The notes beneath the pieces were generated by a model, which made no database searches, had not been told where the DNA came from, and was given only the letters and a program-made list of their open reading frames with translations. Shown here in pieces: positions 9,582 to 18,614 of a stretch of 53,990 nt of DNA. A program made the translations under genes and the position numbers. The DNA is from Methanobacteriota archaeon (GTDB lineage Archaea; Thermoplasmatota; Poseidoniia; Poseidoniales; Poseidoniaceae), in contig JABIYX010000152.1 in assembly GCA_018666575.1 (NCBI GenBank), positions 1 to 53,990 of the forward strand, in the 5' to 3' direction. Every line of letters starts with the position of its first letter. Position 1 is the first letter of the stretch.

Positions 9582-10691
9582 ATGGGGAGAGTCTTTCGAT
9601 TCATATCTCGACCTCTTCTTGCGGTTCAAGATTCTGAAAAGGCTCATGGCCGTTCCTTGTTAATGCTTCGAATACTTTCCTCAAATCCATTGACAAGATT
9701 CGTGCTACGAACATTGTACAAGCCAACTCATAGTCTTCCAATCAAAAGATTTGGGATCGATTTTGAACACCCATTTGGAATAGCTGCTGGTATGGATAAA
9801 CGGGCTGAAGCGCTTCGTGGTTGGGAATCAATAGGTCTTGGATTTTCTGAGATTGGTGGAGTGACAATGCTGGAGCAGGAAGGTAATCCAAAACCTCGAA
9901 TGTTTCGTCACGGTAGAGATAAAGCGCTCGTAAATAGGATGGGATTCAACAACCCAGGCAGCGAAAAAATTGCTCTCCAACTTAAGAAAGCGAGAAAGCA
10001 TAATCGAAAGATACCAGTTTGGGCTAACCTTGGAAAGTCTAAACTTACTCCGCTATCCGAGGCGAAAGATGACTATGCGACGACGTTGCGTAGATTATGG
10101 CGCGATGTAGACCTGTTTGTGATCAATGTGTCATCACCAAATACTCCGGGATTGCGTGATTTACAACATGGAGAATTTCTACGCAGCATTATCCATGAGT
10201 GTATGTCTGAAAATCAAAAATCAGCAGATATGTACGGCGGGGAAACAAAACCAATATTGATTAAAATCGCTCCCGATTTATCTCACTCGGAACTCGAACA
10301 AATCATCGATGTTGCTTTAGTTGAGAATATTGATGGAATCGTAGCGACAAATACCACATTGCACCGTCCAAATGATGTTGATAAAGTATACAAAGAGTCG
10401 GGTGGGTGTTCAGGTTTGCCTCTAACACTTCGTAGTACAGAACTAATCCATCACATTTACAAATGTACAAACGGAAAACTTCCCATCGTTGGCGTAGGTG
10501 GAATAATGTCCTCTGACGATGCCTGGGAGAAAATTATCAACGGTGCCTCTCTTCTCCAGGCATATGCTGGTTTTGTGTTTGAAGGTCCGAGTTTGACAAA
10601 AGAAATTGTCAATGGATTGAGAAGGAAACTAAGAGATTCAGATTTCAAAACCTTGGAAGAAGCAATAGGTTCATCGGTACAACTTGCATGA
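9582..10691 (+). CDS. pyrD: dihydroorotate dehydrogenase (quinone), class 2
   Basis: Collinear with E. coli PyrD: FISRPLLAVQDSEKAH (cf. FVRKALFQLDPERAH), FGIAAGMDK, NPKPRMFR, NRMGFNNPG, VINVSSPNTPGLRDLQ (active-site Ser type), plus an N-terminal quinone-site extension. Confidence 0.9.
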   Translation: MGRVFRFISRPLLAVQDSEKAHGRSLLMLRILSSNPLTRFVLRTLYKPTHSLPIKRFGIDFEHPFGIAAGMDKRAEALRGWESIGLGFSEIGGVTMLEQEGNPKPRMFRHGRDKALVNRMGFNNPGSEKIALQLKKARKHNRKIPVWANLGKSKLTPLSEAKDDYATTLRRLWRDVDLFVINVSSPNTPGLRDLQHGEFLRSIIHECMSENQKSADMYGGETKPILIKIAPDLSHSELEQIIDVALVENIDGIVATNTTLHRPNDVDKVYKESGGCSGLPLTLRSTELIHHIYKCTNGKLPIVGVGGIMSSDDAWEKIINGASLLQAYAGFVFEGPSLTKEIVNGLRRKLRDSDFKTLEEAIGSSVQLA

Positions 10692-10728
10692 ATGGCAGAT
10701 ATTGAAATAGGTGCGTAAGAAGGGTGAG

Positions 10729-11124
10729 ATGAGGACTATGTTATCATATCGTACACGACTCATTCTCATCGGTGGGGTGATTACAATCGCTGTTCTTGGA
10801 ACGATATTCCTTCAAGCCCCTGAACCAACTCTTACTGTAGAAGAATTGCTTGAAAATTCATCAGACCATCTTGGTGAAGAAGTTGCAGTTCGCGGAGAGA
10901 TCATGGACGGTTCTATTGATGAATTGAACATGACATTTATTCTAGAAGGACCTGATGAAAATGTTCTCGTTGATTATTCGAATGCTGGTTCAATTTCCAA
11001 TGGGTTAGGAGATAACAGAACAGTGTATGCAGAAGGTACGTTCAAAGAAATTGATGGGACTTATGTTGTAGAAGCTGACACAATAAAGACATCATGTCCA
11101 TCGAAATACGAAGAAGAAGCATAG
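10729..11124 (+). CDS. ccmE: cytochrome c maturation heme chaperone CcmE, CxxxY (archaeal/Desulfovibrio) variant
   Basis: N-terminal TM anchor, OB-fold-like body (VAVRGEIMDGSI..MTFILEG..VLVDYSN..VYAEGTF) and a C-terminal CPSKYEEE (Cys codon at 11095-11097) in place of the HDENY heme-binding motif. The start could be GTG 10711, ATG 10729 or ATG 10738. Confidence 0.7.
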   Translation: MRTMLSYRTRLILIGGVITIAVLGTIFLQAPEPTLTVEELLENSSDHLGEEVAVRGEIMDGSIDELNMTFILEGPDENVLVDYSNAGSISNGLGDNRTVYAEGTFKEIDGTYVVEADTIKTSCPSKYEEEA

Positions 11125-11170
11125 ATTGATTCATCGTTTGATTGAAATACACCTTCACGCAGGGTATCAT

Positions 11171-11483
11171 GGGATAGGTGGGGAGCTAGGCGTACCCTGT
11201 ACCACAAATCGTCTTTATGGTGGGCTGAATGCCTCAGGGCGGCGAAAGCGGCTTTTGGGTTCCTGTATGCGGACGTAGATGTCTCGCCCCTACATGATCC
11301 GGGTGTTGAGAACCGTTTCCGGAAGGAAACGGGGACCAAATAACCGGGGGAACAGGTCAGGCCGGGAACGGAGCATCCCTACCTGGGGCCATGGATGCTG
11401 TAGGGATTCGGGACGGAGGAAGTGTGCAGATTTGGCTCAAAAGTACGAGCGTCCACCTGAGGATTCCCACTTTCAAATATCAA
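11171..11483 (+). ncRNA. signal recognition particle 7S RNA (archaeal SRP RNA)
   Basis: GC-rich non-coding island in an AT-richer genome. It contains a helix-6-like hairpin ccgtttcc-GGAA-ggaaacgg (11313-11332) and the conserved helix-8 motif ggtcaggccgGGAAcggagca (11355-11375). The 5' gggataggtgg can pair with the 3' ccacctgaggattccc (11453-11468). Length ~310 nt fits archaeal 7S RNA. Ends are +/-15 nt. Confidence 0.8.
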
Positions 11484-11967
11484 ATACAACATCACAAAAC
11501 CAGCCAGGACCTTCGAAGGAAGGAACTTCTGGCCACTTTGATAGGACTTCTTCATTTGGTTTCACTTCCATTAGAACGAGGTCTTGGCGTGTAACTGCTT
11601 TGATTTCGACTTCCTTTTCGATGGAATCAGAAGAAACCCATAGAACATGAGCCTGTAGATGAATGGCGTTTTCTTCTGTTTTGATACGAACAGTACTCTC
11701 TACCATCCATTTACGTTCCACCTCATCTTGATACAGTACTTCTTCCAACCACTTCACGAGTAGTATGGTATTCATTTCCTCATGCAATGGAATGGATACG
11801 TTCCACACAGATGAGTGATGAATGAGTGATTGTATTTGTTTTGCAGAGTTTGAATCAATAAGATAATTCTGCATCCCATAGGAAGTTTCCTCGAATAGAC
11901 GTTCAAAGGATGCTGCAAAAGAGCGCAAACCAATATCTGCAGTAGTTGGTCGTAACCAGGAGCTCAT
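11473..11967 (-). CDS. archease (RtcB tRNA ligase activator)
   Basis: N-terminal TADIGLRSFA motif, a size of ~160 aa and the C-terminal WFCDVVFDI ending are characteristic of archease. Confidence 0.75.
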   Translation of the reverse strand: MSSWLRPTTADIGLRSFAASFERLFEETSYGMQNYLIDSNSAKQIQSLIHHSSVWNVSIPLHEEMNTILLVKWLEEVLYQDEVERKWMVESTVRIKTEENAIHLQAHVLWVSSDSIEKEVEIKAVTRQDLVLMEVKPNEEVLSKWPEVPSFEGPGWFCDVVFDI

Positions 11968-11976
11968 ATCTTGGCC

Positions 11977-13038
11977 TCAGCGCTTTGATACTTGGAGGCT
12001 CCAAGCTATTTCACCGATGCGATCAATCATGTCGTCTAATCGCAATACAAATCGATCAGTTCTATCTGCAGTCAGAATACATTCACTTGCCGCATTTGCC
12101 AATTGCGCCGTTTCATCAACAGTCAATCCCAATGAAATTGCAGTTGCAACTGCAACAGCTGCAGCGTCAATTAAACCAATCATTTGTCGAATGTCTTCAA
12201 GCATGCATGGTACATGTACCGTATCAGCATCCTTGGAATGAATTGTAACACCGTCTTGTCCTTCCAAAATAACAAGATGCTTCCAATCATTTGTTTCTAG
12301 TAAATTAATCGCAGCATCAGTTCCTGTAGCAGAGCCCAATCTTCGTCTCATGAGTTCAAGACCCTTTGATTGGAACATGACCCAGTCTACGCCTTTTGTC
12401 CGATGGAGTCCAGTCAATTTGGGATCTGCAATGATTGGTACGTTATGTTCCTTAGCAGCAGCAATAAGCCGAGCTGCTCCTTCGTCATTGAGCACACCCA
12501 ATCCATAATCGGATAAAATCAGGCACGATGAACCTGGTAATGCATTAATTGTTTGTTCGATGAGCATTTCTGATGCATGTTCAGGTATTGGATTTTCATC
12601 TTCAATATCCCAACGCAAGAGTAACTGTTCACCTCTCACGAGGCCTTCACGTGCTCCGAGTAAACGAGTTTTGACTGTCGTAATTCTGTCTTCCAGGACT
12701 GCGATACCAGATGTATCTACACCTTCTGCATCAAGCATATCAAGCACTGCCATGCCAGGGCCGTCGTCTCCAATAACTCCATGCAGTTGACTTGAAAGTC
12801 CGAGCGAATCAAGTCCTCTAGCGACGTGTGCTGCTGCTCCCACATCCTCGTCCCGAGATATTTCCTTCAGGACAGGGACTGGTGCTCTTGAATTCAAGTT
12901 ATTTGCAAAACCATGGATGTAACAATCCATCATGATATCACCCACGAGAAGTACCTTCGATGGCTTGATTGATTTGAGTTCATTTTCTAATTTGCGTAGT
13001 GCATCGTGTACTCGTGCATCATCATCGTTCATTCCCAT
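11977..13038 (-). CDS. PfkB-family carbohydrate kinase, RfaE/HldE kinase-domain-like
   Basis: VLLVGDIMMDCYIHG...SRAPVPVL resembles the HldE domain I start. Also has the GAAAHVARGL glycine motif and a C-terminal ribokinase-like IDAAAVAVATA anion-hole region. Confidence 0.7.
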   Translation of the reverse strand: MGMNDDDARVHDALRKLENELKSIKPSKVLLVGDIMMDCYIHGFANNLNSRAPVPVLKEISRDEDVGAAAHVARGLDSLGLSSQLHGVIGDDGPGMAVLDMLDAEGVDTSGIAVLEDRITTVKTRLLGAREGLVRGEQLLLRWDIEDENPIPEHASEMLIEQTINALPGSSCLILSDYGLGVLNDEGAARLIAAAKEHNVPIIADPKLTGLHRTKGVDWVMFQSKGLELMRRRLGSATGTDAAINLLETNDWKHLVILEGQDGVTIHSKDADTVHVPCMLEDIRQMIGLIDAAAVAVATAISLGLTVDETAQLANAASECILTADRTDRFVLRLDDMIDRIGEIAWSLQVSKR

Positions 13039-13050
13039 AGTAATCCCTCT

Positions 13051-14013
13051 TCAAATATCATCTTGTAATTCAGCTAAAAGTGTGGCGTGAGCTTGCTCTG
13101 AGATGTTTGTCTGTTGGCGAAGAGTGGCAAGCATTGCTTCTTCATCTCCAGTAATGATTCCATCCATCAATGCAGTACGCAATACAGAACGGTATGAAGC
13201 TAACTCTGGTGGAATGAAAGGTTGTTCCTTTGCTTCTTTTAGCAATCGTTCATGAGTTGTTTTATCTATGTCAAAAGCAATTTGAACGGTTTTTAGTAAC
13301 GCTTCTTCCTCAGTATGAATCGTACCGTCGACGAGGGCTTGCCTAAGCATGTCGAGATAGATTTCTTCTGGTGGCGGTACGTTGATCTCTCGGCGTGCTT
13401 CGTTGGAAAGTCGTCGTACTCTATCGGGGTGCATACCTAAGAAATCCACAACTTCATTGAGCAATAATTGCTCATCCTTTGTTATTCTGCCATCTTCCCA
13501 TGCACGTGCAAACATTCTACGAACAAGAGCTTCTCCTGCTTGAGCATCGAGTGATGCTGCACCTTCTGGATGCGATACTGGTGAAAGAACAGGACTTTGA
13601 TGGTGTACAAGATTTTCATCAATATGAGCTAAAGTCTCAAGGGGAGATACAGAGGATTTGAAGAATGCTTCGAGCAAAACCGTTTTGCCATCAGTCCGCA
13701 CAGGGGTCTTACCGATTTTTGTACGAAGAGCATGCGCTCGTTCTCGACCTAGTGTTGTTAGAGAATAGACTCTTCTTCTTTGACGAGCACCAGGGACGTG
13801 TCGACTTGTATTATCGATCGCAGCCTGTTGCTCGAGTCGCTTTAGCGTGCGAGGGACGTGTTTTCTTTGAACATGTACGGCCGCAGAAATTCCTGCTTGT
13901 GTTAATTCAGCCGGAGCCTCCCAAACTCCTTCTGGAAGTTGGTGAAACATAAGATGGAGAAGCGTTCGTTCTTCTGTTGTTAGAGTGCCTAAGAAGCCGC
14001 TAACCATGTTCAT
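13051..14013 (-). CDS. winged-helix DNA-binding protein with three C-terminal TerB/DjlA-N-like repeats
   Basis: The N-terminal ~100 aa has a wHTH pattern (AELTQAGISAAVHVQRKHVPRTLKRLEQQAAI...RRRVYSLTTLG). It is followed by three ~55-aa repeats: FARAWEDGRITKDEQLLLNEV.., LRQALVDGTIHTEEEALLKTV.., LRTALMDGIITGDEEAMLATL.. Confidence 0.55.
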   Translation of the reverse strand: MNMVSGFLGTLTTEERTLLHLMFHQLPEGVWEAPAELTQAGISAAVHVQRKHVPRTLKRLEQQAAIDNTSRHVPGARQRRRVYSLTTLGRERAHALRTKIGKTPVRTDGKTVLLEAFFKSSVSPLETLAHIDENLVHHQSPVLSPVSHPEGAASLDAQAGEALVRRMFARAWEDGRITKDEQLLLNEVVDFLGMHPDRVRRLSNEARREINVPPPEEIYLDMLRQALVDGTIHTEEEALLKTVQIAFDIDKTTHERLLKEAKEQPFIPPELASYRSVLRTALMDGIITGDEEAMLATLRQQTNISEQAHATLLAELQDDI

Positions 14014-14099
14014 CCCCCTTGCTTCTATGTCAAGGTGGTAGTCCTTAGGACAATCGGTTCAATCGACGAAACAATATGTGTGTTCTATGACGTGGAACC

Positions 14100-15203
14100 A
14101 TGGTCCGACAGCAACGTCGTTACAAACCTCGAGTTCGTACGACACGCCCAATTGGTCCAGAAGTTGTTCGGGAATTATCCAACAAGAAACCATTCCAGCG
14201 TCCATCCTTCGATGGGGAGAACTGGACGCTTCAACCGCCATTAGCGACTCGACTCTTCGAAAAGAGTGCGATTGGTCGTCGCAACAAAGATGGTTCAATT
14301 TCGTTAACGTCTGCCGAAGTATTGTATTGTCACTGGCATCGATCAGTACCATTGCCTACACTGGATTGGATCGAATTAGAATTTGAGCGAAACCCTCATC
14401 TTCTACATGAAGCAGTAATCTTGGATATAGGCCGAAGAGGTGGTGAGATGGTCGTTCCAGTAGAGCATTTGGAAGATAATATTCCATTCGCATCCTGGGG
14501 TGTTCGATGGGGCAATAGTCAAAATAGATTCAAGGAATCATGTCAAGCCTATGTAAAAATGGCATCGACAAATGACGAATTCAGCTGGGATGACATCTTC
14601 GAATGGTGTGTTCAATCACATAAGAATAAGGCATTGGCTGAACTCTATGTCATCGATGATGAACTTCATGTAACTGGATATCGCGTGGACTTAATTCAGC
14701 CAGAAGGCAGCAATAAACGATGGACAGACCTTTCATCAAAATCACGTGAATATGTAGAGTCTTGCTGGAACAAGAGACGCGTATTAGAAAAAGGAGCATA
14801 TCTTCCTTACGAAGGTAAATGGCCATGGCATCAAATTGGATTCGATCATATGTCAGGGCGAGTTTTACGAGATGAGGAATTTGAATATCTCAAATCATGC
14901 ATCGATGGAAATGCATCTTCGGAACCCGATATTCTCCTCATGGATGATTTACTCGGCCGTGGGCTTTTGGTACGTCCGGGGTTCAAATTTGGATGCAAAT
15001 GGAGAGTTTATGATGCAAATCTCGAGGAATCCCATGCTCCTTGGCTCATACAGCCAGTACATCATGCATCGACATCTTGGGAGGGGGCATGTCTATCCAT
15101 ACGTCTTGCTGAAGGAGTGCACAAGGAATGGGTATGTGCTATATTTTCTGATAATAAGTGGAATTATCTACGAATAAAGCGCTGGTTGCCGAAACGGAAT
15201 TAA
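14100..15203 (+). CDS. endA: tRNA-splicing endonuclease, two-domain (alpha2-type) form
   Basis: C-terminal catalytic unit LLVRPGFKFGCKWRVYDANLEESHAPWLIQPV ... RLAEGVHKEWVCAI carries the Tyr/His/Lys catalytic pattern. The ~367 aa length implies a duplicated, degenerate N-terminal repeat. Confidence 0.8.
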   Translation: MVRQQRRYKPRVRTTRPIGPEVVRELSNKKPFQRPSFDGENWTLQPPLATRLFEKSAIGRRNKDGSISLTSAEVLYCHWHRSVPLPTLDWIELEFERNPHLLHEAVILDIGRRGGEMVVPVEHLEDNIPFASWGVRWGNSQNRFKESCQAYVKMASTNDEFSWDDIFEWCVQSHKNKALAELYVIDDELHVTGYRVDLIQPEGSNKRWTDLSSKSREYVESCWNKRRVLEKGAYLPYEGKWPWHQIGFDHMSGRVLRDEEFEYLKSCIDGNASSEPDILLMDDLLGRGLLVRPGFKFGCKWRVYDANLEESHAPWLIQPVHHASTSWEGACLSIRLAEGVHKEWVCAIFSDNKWNYLRIKRWLPKRN

Positions 15204-17314
15204 TTGAATTCATGATGAATTTCTTCATCAGTTTGAATATCTTCTGGGATATGAATTACCTTTTTCTCTCCAAAATAGGATGCGGAAAACCAGATAGTAC
15301 AAATTGCAAAGAAGATACCGATAATTGTTGACTGATTGTTAAGTAAAGGAATCGCAGATTCTGATTCGGCTTGTAATTCTATTTCTATTGTCCATACTTC
15401 ACCGTTAAATGATGTCAATTGAACTTCTCCAAACACAAACATATTCGGTTGAAGCAATCCATTAGGATTAATCTCAAGCGTAATTGTTCCTTCTCCAGCG
15501 TTGACCTTTAATGGTGAATTTACTGTTCCAATTCGAGTAATTGGCCCGCGTAGATCTACTGAAAATGTTCCATCTCCCTGTCCATTGCCAACATAAGGAA
15601 TCGTGATTGTTGTTACATCTACAGGGTCAATGAATTGCTCGTGAATCATTTCGTTCGGTAAGGGTATAGTTCCAACGGTTGTGACGGTTGTATGGACATC
15701 AAAAGGAATATCATTGCAAATAATAACTCCATCAAAAGTAGCAGTGGAATCAATGATTCCAATTGTGGAGAATGTCCCTTGAATGAAATTATTTTGTTCT
15801 CCCATTTCAGGTGAGAAATTGATGGTGCGGCCATCAGTTCCATTGAGGACTCCTAAGCAACTAACGGGTGATTGGGAATTCAGTATTTCTATTGTGAAAG
15901 GGGTGCTTTCAAGTACTGTCAATCCAAAATCTGGTAAATCGATTTGAAAATCTGGAGAGCAATTTAATGAATGAATTTCAATTCGCCATACATCCTCCAC
16001 AATTGATACGTTTACGTGCCATGGGACGAGTATACCATCATGACTACGGATTTGAATACCCATTTCACCAAAGGTGTCCCCTGGTTGGAAAAGATCTTCA
16101 AATACGCCATCATTTATTCCCTGCAATTGTTCAGTATTGCCATCGGCTTCAATGACTCGTAAGTATGGTCTTTTTTGATCTATATTCATGGCATTATATT
16201 GGGCATCTCCCGCTGTTTTATCCTCGAGAAGAACCAATATTCCTTCACCAGGAAGGGATGCGTCGAATCCTTCATCGGATCTCTTTTCAAACCATACGAA
16301 CTCCTCGGGTCCAATTTGAATCTTGATTCGCGCTCCACCATCGCTTCTTGATTTAATATCAAATGCAGGACCTATGCAAGGGCTTTGTGTCGTGGAAGGC
16401 CATTCAAGAGTTAGGTCCAATGTAGCGTCCTGACCTATTGATTCCATCGTCGGTCCTGTTGGGAGTGACGGTTTATCACCGCCACCATTCCAATTTCCAC
16501 TTGCCATGATGTCCCATATTCCAATTCCTTTCCATGATCCACTATAGCCTGAATCGTGAACTGGATAGAGGTCAAATGCTCCAAATTGATGCATCATCTC
16601 ATGGAGGATTGTTCCAATTCCATTCATTCCGTGGCGAATGCTTGACATTGTGTAGTGTTCAAAACTGTAGCCATCAACCATTATCGGGTCTTGGAACGTT
16701 GTAAAGTGGGACCAAATTCTGTTACTCGCACCACCTCCTTGTTCTTGAGCTAGTGTGGAATGAACAATTAGAAATCGGTCTACAACTTTATCATCATTCA
16801 AATCATATATGCTCCAATCTTCTTCATCAAGATTTTTGACAACAAATTCAGATAATTCAGCGGGCATGAATTGGGTACTATCGCCGTAATCTCGGCCATT
16901 TAATCCATCCTTGCCATAATATTCGAGTGATTGTTCAGAACGTATAATCTCATTATGCACGTTGATGTCAATATTTATTGAAGTCCCAACCGCTTCAGAA
17001 AAGTATAGGTTGGCTTGTTCTTCGAGGAGTGTGCTAAATGTCTGTTTTTCATTATTTTCTAGCGGGTCTGATTCAAAATCTACGAGAACAACAAGCCATG
17101 ACTCATTATTTTCCAACCCAACCAGAGGAGTTTCAATTGCGGTTTCTGAATCAACTTCAATATCAAAAAACGAATTAACCGTTGAAGAAAAGGCGAAGGA
17201 AAATACAGAAAGAAGTAGGCAAATCAACATGCTGTATGCATGCCCTTTCTTCCCCATGTTATGATGAGCATGCGCATGTGTTTCAATTGTTGGGTTGTCC
17301 GCATCCATTGTCAC
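15200..17314 (-). CDS. M6-family (immune inhibitor A-like) zinc metalloprotease, membrane anchored
   Basis: WLVVLVDFESDP, VDRFLIVHS..GGG..RIWSH and GTILHEMMHQFGAFDLYP (HExxH) match the M6 metalloprotease domain. It has an N-terminal His-rich stretch (HAHAHH) before a signal/anchor helix, Ig-like C-terminal domains and a C-terminal TM helix. Confidence 0.8.
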   Translation of the reverse strand: MTMDADNPTIETHAHAHHNMGKKGHAYSMLICLLLSVFSFAFSSTVNSFFDIEVDSETAIETPLVGLENNESWLVVLVDFESDPLENNEKQTFSTLLEEQANLYFSEAVGTSINIDINVHNEIIRSEQSLEYYGKDGLNGRDYGDSTQFMPAELSEFVVKNLDEEDWSIYDLNDDKVVDRFLIVHSTLAQEQGGGASNRIWSHFTTFQDPIMVDGYSFEHYTMSSIRHGMNGIGTILHEMMHQFGAFDLYPVHDSGYSGSWKGIGIWDIMASGNWNGGGDKPSLPTGPTMESIGQDATLDLTLEWPSTTQSPCIGPAFDIKSRSDGGARIKIQIGPEEFVWFEKRSDEGFDASLPGEGILVLLEDKTAGDAQYNAMNIDQKRPYLRVIEADGNTEQLQGINDGVFEDLFQPGDTFGEMGIQIRSHDGILVPWHVNVSIVEDVWRIEIHSLNCSPDFQIDLPDFGLTVLESTPFTIEILNSQSPVSCLGVLNGTDGRTINFSPEMGEQNNFIQGTFSTIGIIDSTATFDGVIICNDIPFDVHTTVTTVGTIPLPNEMIHEQFIDPVDVTTITIPYVGNGQGDGTFSVDLRGPITRIGTVNSPLKVNAGEGTITLEINPNGLLQPNMFVFGEVQLTSFNGEVWTIEIELQAESESAIPLLNNQSTIIGIFFAICTIWFSASYFGEKKVIHIPEDIQTDEEIHHEFN

Positions 17315-17317
17315 AGG

Positions 17318-18604
17318 TTATCTGAAGGACTCTTTTTCTTCATGAGTCCATGTTGAAACATTCACTCTTGTGCGCCCCGTCGTTTGTTCACTCCAGGTCG
17401 TGGAATCAATGAGGTCAACATCAATTTGACTTGATTTATCAATTTCTAAACGAACATTATCGATTCTTTGCTTTTTGTTCCAAGGATCAACAATGTTCGT
17501 CATGGCAATGCTCACCTCAGTTGATAATTGTTCATTGGATTGAGGTAAACTTCCTTGCAACCCAAGTAAATCTAAACCCCTCAGTGAACAACGAATTGAT
17601 TTTAGTGAATCTTTGAACGGATTTGGTAGAGGTTTCGATGTGCAACCTCCAATGATGATATCAGTTATCCCATGATAATTGACATGATCAATTAAGTCAT
17701 CTCGCTCATCAATGTGTTCGCAGAGAGCTTCGTATCGAAGAAGACCTGTGCTTTCAGGTGACGTATTTATTGGATAAGCCACGCCAAGGCATGAACAATC
17801 AACAAAGGTGACATTACGCCTTCTCCCTTCATGATCGAACATCGCTTTTGGTAAATGGATTGAGTGGGTTTTCTTTACATTCCTTTTAATAACAAATTCG
17901 AGAACAATAATCAGTGTTGTTATGAGTGCTATATTCGTTCCATTCCATCTTCCTGGAAGTGATAACAAGAGTACAAGGCCTCCAATTCCGTGGATTCGTA
18001 CACGCCACCAATCTTGTGTCGAATCTGTAATCAAACCTGTTGAACCTGCGCTTATTGTTGCAAAAACCAAAATAAATCCAATTAATGATGTCCAGAATAT
18101 GGATAGTGCGAAAACAAACATCTGAACTGCATCATACTGGCTTGTCAATCCGATTTCATCGTGAACTCCATCACCAAAATTGTAGAGCATAGGGATTGCA
18201 TAGAAGAAAAGTAGGAACAATAGGATATAAACACCACATAGCGAAAAGACTGTCCATTTTCTAAACATATTTTTTTCTTTTTTAGTTAAGCCTGGCTGTG
18301 CAAATTGATAAAATAAACCTACTATCAATGGAAGTATGCACATGACTGCAAGGAATACTGCAGTAAGCCATCTCACAACGCTCCATGATGCAGGTTCGTA
18401 CAGCGTAAGGCACTCAGTTGTTTGACATGGATTCATACGATTGAGAACCCATTGCAATATTTCATCGATTTGAGTCATCATTAGACCAGTCAAGACGATT
18501 ACGAGAACAAAAATGAGTGTAGCTTGTTGCGTTAAAAGATTGAGATGTTCTTGAACAGTAAGTTTCTGGTCTTTTTCCAGTTGTAAACCACTTGGGGTTT
18601 TCAA
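17318..18604 (-). CDS. TatC-like polytopic membrane protein with ~180-aa C-terminal cytoplasmic extension of unknown family
   Basis: QEHLNLL (cf. HLxELR), six hydrophobic spans, YQFAQPGLTKKEK (cf. WxFxxPxLYxxER), FFYAIPMLYNF (cf. FAYFVVFP) and LSLPGRWNG at the TPPD position. After residue ~245 comes a soluble Cys/His-containing tail. Confidence 0.55.
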   Translation of the reverse strand: MKTPSGLQLEKDQKLTVQEHLNLLTQQATLIFVLVIVLTGLMMTQIDEILQWVLNRMNPCQTTECLTLYEPASWSVVRWLTAVFLAVMCILPLIVGLFYQFAQPGLTKKEKNMFRKWTVFSLCGVYILLFLLFFYAIPMLYNFGDGVHDEIGLTSQYDAVQMFVFALSIFWTSLIGFILVFATISAGSTGLITDSTQDWWRVRIHGIGGLVLLLSLPGRWNGTNIALITTLIIVLEFVIKRNVKKTHSIHLPKAMFDHEGRRRNVTFVDCSCLGVAYPINTSPESTGLLRYEALCEHIDERDDLIDHVNYHGITDIIIGGCTSKPLPNPFKDSLKSIRCSLRGLDLLGLQGSLPQSNEQLSTEVSIAMTNIVDPWNKKQRIDNVRLEIDKSSQIDVDLIDSTTWSEQTTGRTRVNVSTWTHEEKESFR

Positions 18605-18614
18605 TGAATCAGCC

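Noticed and set aside
11061-11650. ORFs 11061-11339 (-), 11279-11650 (+) and 11391-11594 (+) in the ORF track
   Set aside because: They lie on the SRP RNA. Their Arg/Gly-rich translations reflect the GC-rich structured RNA, not coding sequence.
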